NCBI GenBank assembly: GCA_030390025.1
Contig: CM059432.1
Coordinates: 40,488,001 to 40,552,000 of the forward strand
Reading direction: 5' to 3'
Length of the DNA: 64,000 nucleotides
Source of the DNA: Squalus acanthias
Lineage: Eukaryota
Shown here: piece by piece, positions 13,101 through 25,100 of the stretch
How positions within the stretch are numbered: the stretch's first letter is position 1
How the letters are laid out: each line of letters begins with the position of its first letter
Position numbers and translations under genes: made by a program
Notes under the pieces: model-generated
What the model was told of the DNA's origin: nothing
The model's input: the letters and a program-made list of their open reading frames with translations, nothing else
Database searches by the model: none

Positions 13101-16100
13101 GAGGTGCATGAAACCCTGAAAAATGTGCTTGTTCCCGCCAAGCCGAAGGACACGCCACTGAAGGAGATCCTAACCAGGTTAGAACTGCACTACAGTCCTG
13201 AGCCCCTGGAAATTGCTGAAAGTTATCGTTTTGGAACATGTGATCAATTAAATAACGAGGGTATCAGTGAGTACATTGTAGCTTTAGAAAAAGCTATCTA
13301 TTCACTGTCATTTTGGAAACCATCAGGACCGAGCTTTGCGTGACCGCTTTGTTTGTGGGTTGAAAAATGAGCATATCAGAAGTAAATTGTTGACAACCTC
13401 CAACCTGACTTTTGACTTAGCTTGTCAGACAGATATGTTGATGGATATGGCCGACCGATACTCCCGAGAGTTCCGCACCATTTCCAGTCATCAGACAACT
13501 GAGGTGAATCGGCTGCAGACTAAAAGTAAAAGGCAGTTGGGCCCCAAAGCCTCAGCAACTGGCCAAGGTAACAGTGCATTGAAGTCATGCTATAGGTGCC
13601 AGGGACAACACATCGTTCAAAGCTGTCCATATTGACGGCAAAGTGTTTTTACTGCAAGAAAACTGGGCATCTTGCGAAGGCGTGCCGACAGAAGAGTAAA
13701 CCGACTGGCAATACTAGAAGTAGAAATCACCAGACACTGCATACCATTGAAGAGAAGCAGCAGGACGAGGAGTTTCTGGAGATTCACGTCATCAGGAGCA
13801 CGAAGGTATCTAACAGCGATTCGCGAGGTATCATTATCCAAGTAGATGTCGCAGGAACCAGGATACCCATGGAAATCAACACTGGTGCATCCGTGAGCGT
13901 AGTACCAGAATCACTATATCGCGACAAGTTGTGTGATTATCGACTAGAGAAATCGAAGGTAGAGCTGCGAGGTTACTCAGGAGAGCAAATCCCTGTAGTA
14001 GGAAGTGTCACCATACCAGTGAAATACAAGGATCAGTGTCAGAGCTTGCCTCTAATAGTGGCAGGAGACAAGCCTGCCTTGATAGGTAGAAATTGGTTGG
14101 GATCATTGAAGCTGGATTGGAATGAGATTTTTCGCGTGGAAGTGAAATTTGCATCGAAAGATGATGTCATCAAGCAATATCTGAAGGTGATCAGAGAAAT
14201 GGGCAGTCCGATCCAAGACTTCAAGGCGAGTGTCAGAGTGCAGAAGGACGCAAGACCAGTTTACTGCAAGCCACGTCCCGCACCATACACACTCAAGGAA
14301 AAAGTTGAGCAAGAACTCAAAAGACTAGAAACTGAGAACATTATCTCTAAGGTAGATCTGAGTAATTGGGCTACACCCATTGTTGTTGTAGCTAAGTCAG
14401 ATGGTAAGGTAAGGTTGTGTGGTGATTATAAGGTAACCGTAAACCAGGTTCTAGAGTGTAATCTACCCAATACATTGCCAAATGTGGAAGATTTGTTCAC
14501 AACACTGACAGGTGGCCAGATTTTTTCGAAGTTAGATCTTACAAGTGCCTATTGACAACTTGAGTTAGATGAAGAGTCCAAGTCATGCTTGACTATAAAT
14601 ATTCACCAAGGCCTATATCAGTTCAATAGGCTACCATTTGGAGTGTCTTCTGCCCCGGACATATTCCAGGGGGTGATGAGCCAAATTTTGCAAGGGATTG
14701 GAAGGGTAGTGTGTTATTTGGATGACATACTCATTTCAGCACCAAACAGGCAAATCCATGATGAGGTGTTGAATGAAGTGTTCAAACAGCTAGAGAAGCA
14801 CGAGTACAAGTGACAGCTCACAAGTGTGAGTTGTTTCAAAACTCAGAGGAGTACTTAGGGCACAGAGTAGACAAAGATGGTTTACATCCAACCAAGGGAA
14901 AGCTGGATGCAATCAGAAATGCACCCACTCCCAAGAATGTCTCTGAACTTCGATCATTTTGGGGTTTTTGAATTATTATGGAAAGTTCCTTCTAAACTTG
15001 GCTACATTGTTACATCCACTGAATGAACTGTTGAGAAAACAGGTCCCTTGCAAGTGGTCAAAAGAATGCGACACAGCATTCAAAGAGTGTAAAAGTCAGT
15101 TAGTAGAGAGTACCATGTTAGTTCACTATGATGTATCTAAGGAGATCAAGTTAGCGTGTGACGCCTCTCCGTACGGAGTTGGGGCAGTGATCTCTCATGT
15201 ACTAGATAGTGGGGAGGAGAGAACAATTGCTTTTGCTTTACATTTCTCAGTGTCAGTGAACGGAATTATGCGCAGATCGAAAGAGAATCTTTGTCATTGA
15301 TTTTTGGGGAGAAGTTTCACAAATACTTGTTTGGTTGTAAGTTTACCATAGCTACTGACCATAAGCCCCTGACAGGAATCCTCCATTCAAAGTCCCCAGT
15401 TCCAACCTTAGCTGCAGCCCGAATGCAGAGGTGGGCTTTGATTTTGTCCATGTATATGTATGACATTGAGTACAGACGATCAGCTGATCACAGTAATGCA
15501 GATGCTATGTCCAGGTTGCCATCCCCATCACAAGTTACACCCAATAAGGAAGAAGTGTTCTATTTCACACATGGATGAGCTGCCAGTCACAGCTGAAGAG
15601 ATTGGTATGGCAACCAAACGTGACCCAATGATGTCAAAGGTATATGATTACATAGCAAATGGATGGCCAAGTCAGGTATCAGAGGAAGATATACATCCAT
15701 ACTTCGTTCGTAGGAATGAATTGTCAGTGGATAATGATTGTATCATGTGGTTATCCCAAATAGGTTCAGGTCTAAATTGTTAGGAGATCTTCATGACCAG
15801 CACCCTGGGAATGTGCTTGACCAAGAGTTTTACATGCAGTTACTTATGGTGGCCAGGTTTAGATAAAGAGATAGAGTGCATAGTCAGTCAGTGTACATGA
15901 TGTCAATCGGTGAGCAAGAAACCACCATCAGTACCATTACAGCCATGGAAATTGCCTCCTAGAGTGTGGCAGAGGTTACATGTAGATTTTGCTGAGCTAG
16001 AAGGACAGCAATTGTTCATAGTGATAGATAGTCACTCGAAGTGGGTAGAGGTGTTTCCGATGCGGATAATAACAACAAGCAAAAGACTAGACAATTTGCG

Positions 16101-19100
16101 AAGATTGTTTTCTTCATACGGCCTCCCAGAAGAAATTGTGTCTGATAATGGGCCGCAATTTTATTCAGAAGAGTTCACACAGTTCATGAGCAGAAACGGT
16201 GTGAAACATACCAAAGTTCCACCGTACCATCCTGCTTAAAATGGTGCGGCAGAGTGCACAGTACAAATTGTCAAACATGCCCTCATCCAGCAAATGTTGG
16301 ATCCAAATCCAAAAAAACGTCAGCTGTCATTGGACCACAAACTGGCAAATTTTCTGATTACCTATCGGAATACTCCTCATACCACTATTGGTAGAAAACC
16401 AGCAGAGTTGTTTCTCAAACGACATCCATGAACCAGGTTCTCATTGTTAAAGCCAAACTTGGCACAGTCCGTAGAAGAGAAACAATCAAGGCAGAAAGAG
16501 AGTCATGATAAAGGTAAGTTAGAGAGAGAAGTGTGAAGTTGAACCAGAAGGTTAGAGGGAAGAACCATCACTATAAATTATTAAAGTGGTTACCAGGAAG
16601 AGTAGTGAAGATCTGTGGCCCTCGCACATACTTGGTCAAGATGTTTGATCATGGAAAGGTTAGGTTTGTTCACATTGATCATATCTTACCTACAGATGTG
16701 GAAGGAGTTGAAAGCTGGGATGATTCAATTTATTCTGATGGGTCGGATAGTCTTGTTACAAGTAGAATACCAGTAACAAATTCTACATCAGATGTACCAG
16801 AAACAAGTCCAAGACAAAGTCAGAATTTAAGTCTGAGCCCGAGTCAGGCAGACAAACAGTCTGAAAGTATAGAGAGTCCAAATGCAGATCAAGGTCAGCC
16901 CTTGGAGAAATATTCTCGGCAGGCTCAGCCTAGAATGAGTCAAAGTCCTACAACAAGATCTGAAAGTTCTGTTTAAGAAAGAAGGTATCCTCTTCGAAAC
17001 AGAAAACCAGTGGTTAAGTTTAATCTGTAAATATGGAAAATAAGTTCATATCTTTTGTTTGTGTTACAGAATTCTATAGTAGAATTTGGAAACATAAAAT
17101 GGGTTCCATTTGAGAAATGTATACCAAGAGTTGTGTATATCATGCAAGTCATGTACAATGATTATTTGCTATGATTAACTTCTTCAATAAGGAGGGAGCA
17201 GTGTAATAGAGCCACCTGGTGGACTACTGATGTATATAATAATAAAGCCATGTGCAGTACAGGCATGTTGTGCTATTGTATATATATGCTGTGTCTCAAG
17301 ATATCACGCGACTCAATTAAGTTGCTGACGACAAAGCTGCAAAGTCAAAGGTTAGTGCTCTAAGAGGGATACCAAGCTGCTTCCATATTTAAAAAACTAT
17401 GATTTATCCCACTAAGCATTCGCACATACTGAATTGGTGCACTCCAGTATTTAAACAACCAGAGCTACATCCTTCCTGTACAGTAATAACAAATTAAATG
17501 GAAAACCTGAAATCCATGAATCATTGGGGCCTTTTTTTCAGCCAGAGGAAACATCTTATTTCTTGAAATTTGTTAATGTCCTTCCCAGATGCCCAGGATT
17601 CAGCAACATCAATTTTTTGAAAAGACTAAAAATTGTAAACAAATGAGCAATAATTTGTCTACGAATCCTTGTTGCAGTGTTCATGATTTCAAGAAATTCT
17701 AGTTTGCATTGGATAGTTTTGTTTACTTCAGTTTTTATTGCAAAGTAACTGAGCAACACACTCACCAGTGTCAGGATTAATATGGAAACCTGGAGTAACT
17801 CCATCTCGAATCATGAGTCCATATTTCACCTGTCCATTCACTCCAAGATCAGCATCATAGGCCTTGACTTGTAGTACAAACGTTCCAGGAGGCTGGTTTT
17901 CCAAGACACAGGCATCTTCACTGTATTTTAGACACTGGAATAAAATTAGAAATACAGCTGATCTCACACCCAGTCTTTCCTGAGTGTCCATGAAGCTATA
18001 ATACAAGACTGCATCACTTCTGTACTTCCAGCTCGGATATAACTGAGCTGCGAGGAATTTCGTAAAAGGAAAATAACAGATTGAGCAGGGAAAGTTCAAT
18101 GCTGCGAGTAAAATAATGGGTTCTGACGAAGGGTCATCAACCTGAAACGTTAACTCTATTTCTCTCTCCACAGATGCTGCCTGACCTGCTGAGTATTTCC
18201 AGCATTTTCTGTTTTTATTTCAGATTTCCAGCATCCGCAGTATTTTGCTTTTGTAAAATAATGGGGTTGATTTAAGGAATCAAGTTTGCTTAATTGATTT
18301 TATTTAAATTAAGTGATACTTTGCTCTCATTCATTTGGAAGATACTTAAAAAATTATTTTAAGTTTTATTTGTTTAAAGAATGTTTCAGTTACCTCTAAG
18401 TGAGCTGGTATCTTCTTCCTCTAGATTAGCAATAGTGATAATCGATGACAGTAAGCCTATCAGATGGATAACCTACAATAAGGGATCAGGCTGCAATTAG
18501 GTGGGAATGTGCATTGAAATTATAACTCTGGCAAGCAACCGAGGTGCATTTTATTGTAAATTGTAAGATATATCTATGTCTTATTAAAAATCTTATTTCT
18601 GTATTCATTTCCTTAGCTCCTGTTTGTGACTTGCTTTGTGTCAAGTTTTTCCATTGTAAATTCCTATATCCACATTTAATATTGAACAGCGCTATTGTTA
18701 TTATGGGTCTGGCCACCAGCTGGTTCCATGAATCTAATTTACGACCGGCCTGTCCCAGCTCGGCTGCCATTTTGGTTTTTGCCTAACTGATTTTTCCTCT
18801 CAGGTAAGTTAATTTTAAACTTAATTTTTGAAGTTTTAAATTTAAGGTTTATTTTTAATTTAAGTAGTGATAATCTTTACTGTAAAGAATTCTGATTGAT
18901 GTCATTAGACCTCGACTTTTGCATGTCAATGGGGCCCTCGCCTGCTTTGGACTAGGGCCTCACTCGCTGCCCAAAACGTGCCTGTTAAAATGGTGCTATT
19001 GCGGCATGGACAAGGTAAGTAGCACACAGCCGATATTTTAACCCCCGCCATGACCCATTCTCGTCAAACACTGCGTGTTAAAATCAGGCCCATCATGTAC

Positions 19101-22100
19101 CACTCCCTAAACAAGTGTAAAGAAACAAATAAATAACAGATACATTTTCTCAGAAGAATTCTTCTCCATTTTTTGGACCATGACAACATTCCCCTGGGCA
19201 ACAGAGCAGGCAGTGGACCAGCTCCATCAATGCTGCTCTGTAACCACCTGCAACCTTGTGTATGAACTTAGGCCAAGGGGACCTCACTCTCTGATTTCCA
19301 CTCCTTGTTGAAAAGAGCATTGGTCTATATCATTAAATCGATTTCAATGGTAAACCAGCATCGTTACACTTTCTTTGATACTTCATATACAGCAGTATAA
19401 GCTTACAGCTATTCGAAGTCTCTCCCATTATACAGGATTCGTGATCCAGGAGTAATCCTGATTCACACATGAAATTTCTTAACTATGCATTCATTGTTAT
19501 TAAACTGCACGTAATTTTTAATTCACCACCCCCGCAACACCCCCATCCTTAGTCAGTTCATTTAAACTGTTTCCCCACTGTGCACTTATGCTCTGGAGGA
19601 AGCTCATACCTCTGTAAATACTGGCTTGTTGTTATTCACATCATTGATCCCCACAATGACTTGAGCAATGCTGTTGAGGAAGGTGGGCCCTCCTGAGGTG
19701 TTGTCATCTGTTGCCGTGATGTTCAGCACATACTGAGGTCCTTGTAGTTTTGGCAGTGGGCTTCTGCGAAGTTTGATAATACCTGTCATTGGACGAAATA
19801 ATCATTGTGATTAACGTTAGTCTGGACAGCTGACTCTTAGCTGCTTCCAGAAAAAGCAATCCCACTGTGTTTTCAGATCTCAGCAATCATTTTACGTAAC
19901 TGTTCCTATAAGAGATTAGAAAGGCTGGGTTGGTGGAAGGTCGTGGCTCGGGTAACATCGTATCTCGGGGTGGGGTTCAATATACTGCTATATTGGGGAG
20001 TCCAACACAGTTTTACAAAATCATCGGCCCTGAAATGCATCAGGTCCTGATCCTGGTTACACGGGGATTGCGTTCTACGGTATCCTCCAGCACTGATACT
20101 GCCGGAGTTTGTGGGGTCAGAGGGAGGGCACCTCATTAGTATGGGGCAGGTGGATCCAAATGCCACTATGTTACCCACTTACCCATGTCCACAGAAACTC
20201 ACCCATTCATTCACCCTTTGAGAAGGGCTTACCAGACGTTTTACTCTGAGCTGAGCTTTTGACCCCATATCCTCTCCATCACAAACACTGCCTCCTTTCA
20301 CCCCTGTAACACTGCCCATCCCACCCCTGCCTCAGCCCACCAGCTGCTGAAACCCTCATTCATTCCTTTCTTACCTCCAGAATTGAATGCTCTCCTGGCT
20401 GGCCTCCCAACCTCCACTTTCCGTTATCTTCAGTTTGTCTAAAACTCTACTGCCTGTATCCTATCCTGTACCATGTCCTGCTCGCTTATCATTTACCCCT
20501 GTTCCTTGTTGATCTGCACTGGGTCCCAGGTCTCCAACACCCCAGATTTAAAATTTTCATCTCTGTGTGTGTAAGTGCCTCCATGGCCTCACCCCTCCCT
20601 ATTTCTGTAACTCCTCTCGTACTCTTTATTCCTCCCCCCCCCCCCGCCCCCCGCCCTTTGCGCTACCAATCTACCTTCAGCTCGCTACATCCCACTCTCT
20701 GGAATTTGTTCCCTAAATCCCTCGGCCTTTCCATCTCCCTCTCCTCCTTTATTACCCTCTTCAAAATCCACCCCCTTTGACCAAGCTTTTGGTCGCTTCT
20801 TCTGCTATATTGGGAAGTATACCTCTGCCTCTTTGGCTCAGCAGACAGTTTCTTCTCGCCCCGTTGATGTCAGAAAGCACTTCTTCACACAAAGGGTCAT
20901 AGAAATCTGGAACTATTGAGGCAAAAAGCTGTTGAGGCAAGGTCAATTGAAAACCATTAGATCAACCATGATCTAATTGAATGGCCTTGGGATGTTTTTC
21001 TACATTTACGGTGCTATACAAATGCAAGTTAATGTTGAAATGTAGAGATGTTCTATCAGTATCTGAAAGAGGCAGACCATTGTATTCTGCTTTAGATTCA
21101 TAGGAGCATAGGAATATAGACACAGAAGTAGGCCATTCAGCCCCTTGAGCCTGTTCCACCATTCAATTAGATCATGGTTGATCTGTATCTTAACTCCATC
21201 TACCTGCCTTGGTTCCGTAACCCTTAATACCCTTGCCTAACAAAAATCTAGCAATCTCAGTTTTGAAATTTTCAATTGACCTTGCCTCAACAGCTTTTGG
21301 GAGAAATAGTTCCCGATTTCTATGACCTTTTGTGTGAAGAAGTGCTTTCTGACATCAACCCTGAATGGCCTAGCTCTAATTTGAAGGTTATGGCCCCTTG
21401 TTCTGGACTCCCCATCAGAGAAAATAGTTCAGCTCTATCTACCCTATCGACTCCTTTGATCATCTTAAATGCCTCAATTAGATCACCACTTAATCTTCTA
21501 TATTCAATGGAATATATGCCTCGTCTCTGCAACCTGTCCTCATACTTTAACCCTTTTCGATCCAGTATCAGTCTGGCGTATCTCGCTGCACCTCCTCCAA
21601 GGTCAATATAACCTTTCTGAGGTGCGGTGCCCAGAACTAAATGCAGTTCTCCAGATAGGTTCTAACCATTTCTGTACAGCTGTAACATAACTTCCAACCC
21701 TTTGTATTCCAGCTCTCTTGAGATAAAGGTCAACATTTTAATTATGTCTTTTTAATTATTTTTGTACCCGTCCACCAGCTTTGAGTGATTTTTGTACTTG
21801 GAGCCCTAAATCTCTCTGCTCATCCACCGTTCCTAGCTTCTCACCATTTAGAAAATACTCTGATCTATCTTTCTATGATTCATACCTGGAACATTAACCA
21901 ATCTTTCTCTTTCAATATTGACTGACCTAGTGTATATTTTTTAACATTTTCTATCTCTATTTTCCTTTTATTTGGTCCTGAACAGAGCAGTGTAAATTAC
22001 CATCAGCACAGTGAGGACCCAGAGTGAACAAAACCCAATTCAAACTCTTGGGAGTAGAATTATCAAGTGATAATAATGACCCAAAAGATGTTAGGAGCTG

Positions 22101-25100
22101 AGAATCAGAGTGGCAGCTCAATCCTTCAGCCAGCTGTGCAAAGTCTGGAATGATGACTTAGATTCCCTGGTGGTTTAGTGGTTAGGATTTGGTGCTTTCA
22201 CTGCCGTGGCTCAGATTCAATTCCCAAAGAGCGAACATGACTCTGGGACATGCACGATAGGCTGAATGACCTCCTTCTGTGCTACATCATTCTATGACAG
22301 TATTAGTGTAATCAGTAGAATGCTGTTGTCTCCCGAAGTTGCAGGGATTTTTACTTATAATGTTGCACAGCTGACATGTGACAAAACCTGGCCAAATATG
22401 TTTGCATAGTTTTTACCTTTCTGATTGTCAAGCTCAAAATTTTTATCTTGGTTGCCTCCTGTGATTGTGTAGAAAACACCGTCACCATCAGGATCCTTCG
22501 CATGAACCGTAGCAACCAGGCTGTTGGGCCCAGCATCCTCAGAAAGAAATGTCTTGTATCTGGGTATAAATGATGAGAAGTCTATTAATGCAGGATATCT
22601 TTTGAAGCAAATAAACTGTAGAAAAGATATAGGGGGAAAAATCCGGTTGCTAACGGGGCACAAAGCAACTAGCGCCCGGGCGCGGCGCCGCCAACACCTC
22701 CCACGATATTTAGTGGGAGGTAAGCACCCACGCTAACCGTTAGCGCCCCGCGGCTGGCGATGACGTCATCGCTGTGCGCAGCGCCCCAGCCGCGATCTTC
22801 GGTAGTGCCCCCTGACTTACCACCGGACGCTATGTCCGACGGAGTCAGGGGGGCCTACCTGCGGCTGGGGCGCCGCTATTTAAAGGCGAGGTGCCAGGCG
22901 GCCATTTTTGTTGCTGGCCGCCTGCCAGCATCTGCCTCCGCTCCCGTCCCCCTGACCTGCCCCCCCGCAGAGTGCCGGCTGCGCTTCATCAGCCCAGCAC
23001 TTCTCGAGTGCTGAGCTCTTTTGCCGGCACTCCGACCCCCGCTGGCCCAGCTGGGCCCCGGGTCGCGCTACGCAAGGCCCCTCCCCTTTAAGAAGGGGAG
23101 GAAGGCCTGCAATACCGCGGCACGATGTGCCGCAGCTCATGGCGCTGCGGCACATAGCGCCGCGATATTCCCTCGCAACGCCCCAGTAGCGCCTCGCTTC
23201 CCTCTTGGGGCGCTACCACTCAATTTCAGCCGCGGAGGCGCTAATTTTTAGTCGCACCCTGGCGAAGTTAGCGCCCCAAAGGGGGCGCAACTCAATTTCT
23301 CCCCCAGAGGCTTCAAAATTCCAAAGGCTCTGAGAGGGAAGAAAGAAAAGAAAAAGAAAAGAAAGGAGAATAGAAAAGAAAGAACTTTCACGATCTCAAG
23401 ACGTCCCAAAGCGCTTTACAGCCAATGAAGCAGTTTTTGGAGTGTAATCACCGTTGTAATGTAGGAAATGTGGCAGCCAATTTGCAAACAGCAAGCTTCC
23501 ACAAACAACATTGTGATAATGACCAGCTAATCTATTTTAGTGATGTTGGTTAAGGGATAAATATTGGCCAGGACATCAGGGAGATCTCCCCAGCTCTTCT
23601 TTGAAATAGTGCAATGGTATCTTTTACATCCACTTGAGAGGGCAGGCGGGGCCTCGGATTAATGTTCTCATCCGAAAGGCAACACCTCCGACAGTGCAGC
23701 ACTCCCTCAGTACTGCACTGAAGTGTCAGCCTAGATGTGCTCAAGTTTCTAGGGTAGGACTTAAACCCTCAACCTTCTGACTCAGAGAGGAGAGTGCTAC
23801 CAACTGAGCCACAGCAACAGTTCAATTAGGAAGCTTAGAAAGAACTGCATGTCCTGTTGCAACTCACCAACAAACATCTTCTCAAACACTAAAATCAAAC
23901 AAACAGCAGATGTACTCTGGAACATAGATCCAAATGGTTTTACCGTGCAAATATATATTTACAGCAAGTGCAATCCAGTCCATATTCTGCACCAAGAAAA
24001 CAAAGCAATAGGAAAACATTGTGTTAACATTAACAAACATAGCCCTTTTGTTTCAAAGACCATAATGTAGGTCCTGCACCTGATTATATGAACAAAGGTC
24101 ACTGTTTGAGAAACATCTGTTTATGATATTACCAGCTATGAAAGGGAAGAAACAATTTTTAGAATTATTTAAAGGAAAAGAGAAGCATCAAGGGCATGCT
24201 TTCTGTATAAAGCAATCCTCTGTAGGCGCTATTTTTGAAAAATTGAACAAATCTCAGGAAATACCATAAATTTAGTTACTGATGCTTTGTCCCATGGAGA
24301 CTCAGAACCACTTTAAAGATGTATGCTATGGGAAGCCTGTGTCCCACCTGAACAGGAATGAATGCTTTGGACCTGAAGGCTGATCAGAGCAAATTCATCT
24401 GGGGAAAAAATCAGTCCTTTGAGTATCCAACAGTACCTAGCCAGTGCTATTTTTTCCTGTATTGCCTCCAGTTCAGACTGCAGGCTGTCTGAAGCACTGA
24501 CTTCGAAACGACTCAACTGAGCTATTTCAGGAGGGACACAAAATAGTCTGTCTCCAAGGGAGGGAAAATTAGTTCCAAAACTGCTGTTTTGTTTTTACAT
24601 TTTTAAAAACGAATATTTTTTTGCGGAAGCGGCTCAAGGGGCTAAATGGCCTACTCCCATTCCTATGTTCCTAATATCCACGGGGTGCATTGTGTACCAA
24701 AGGTATTTCTCCCCTCACCAACCCTCTTGGCTTTCCTTTTCTTTTCATTAAAAAACGATTACTACTGCACGGAGAGAAGTTCACGTACACATTCTGTGAA
24801 AATACAGGGGCTTCATCATTGACGTTCGTCATCCTTATCCTCACTGATGCTGTTCCAGTCCGAGGGGGGTGGCCTTTGTCTACGGCCGCAACAACAAATT
24901 CATACATGTGGTTGGGTCGCTCGTAGTCCAGTTCTTGCTTTGGGCTGATGAGCCCCTGTGCGGTAATGGCAAATTCAGCACCCTGGGAGAAGTAGGAAAT
25001 CTCTGCATTGAGGCCTGTGTCGCAATCCCGTGCCAGCACTACATGAGAAAAATAACAGTGCTTCAGTTAAGAAAAGGAATAGCCACTGAAATGTTTTATG

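Larger units (their letters stand above)
12616..17308 (+). mobile_element. Full-length but decayed Ty3/Gypsy LTR retrotransposon (Mag-type)
   Basis: Paired LTRs, PBS and PPT. Gag has two zinc knuckles ([27 protein letters not shown]). Protease (INTGAS), RT (YLDDILI), RNase H (CDASPYG, TDHKPL) and integrase (SDNGPQF) are in Gypsy order. Many frameshifts and stops. Confidence 0.95.

Noticed and set aside
22164..22235. Functional tRNA-Glu gene
   Set aside because: CpG decay, broken acceptor and T stems, altered B box and a CR1 tail indicate a retroposed pseudogene.
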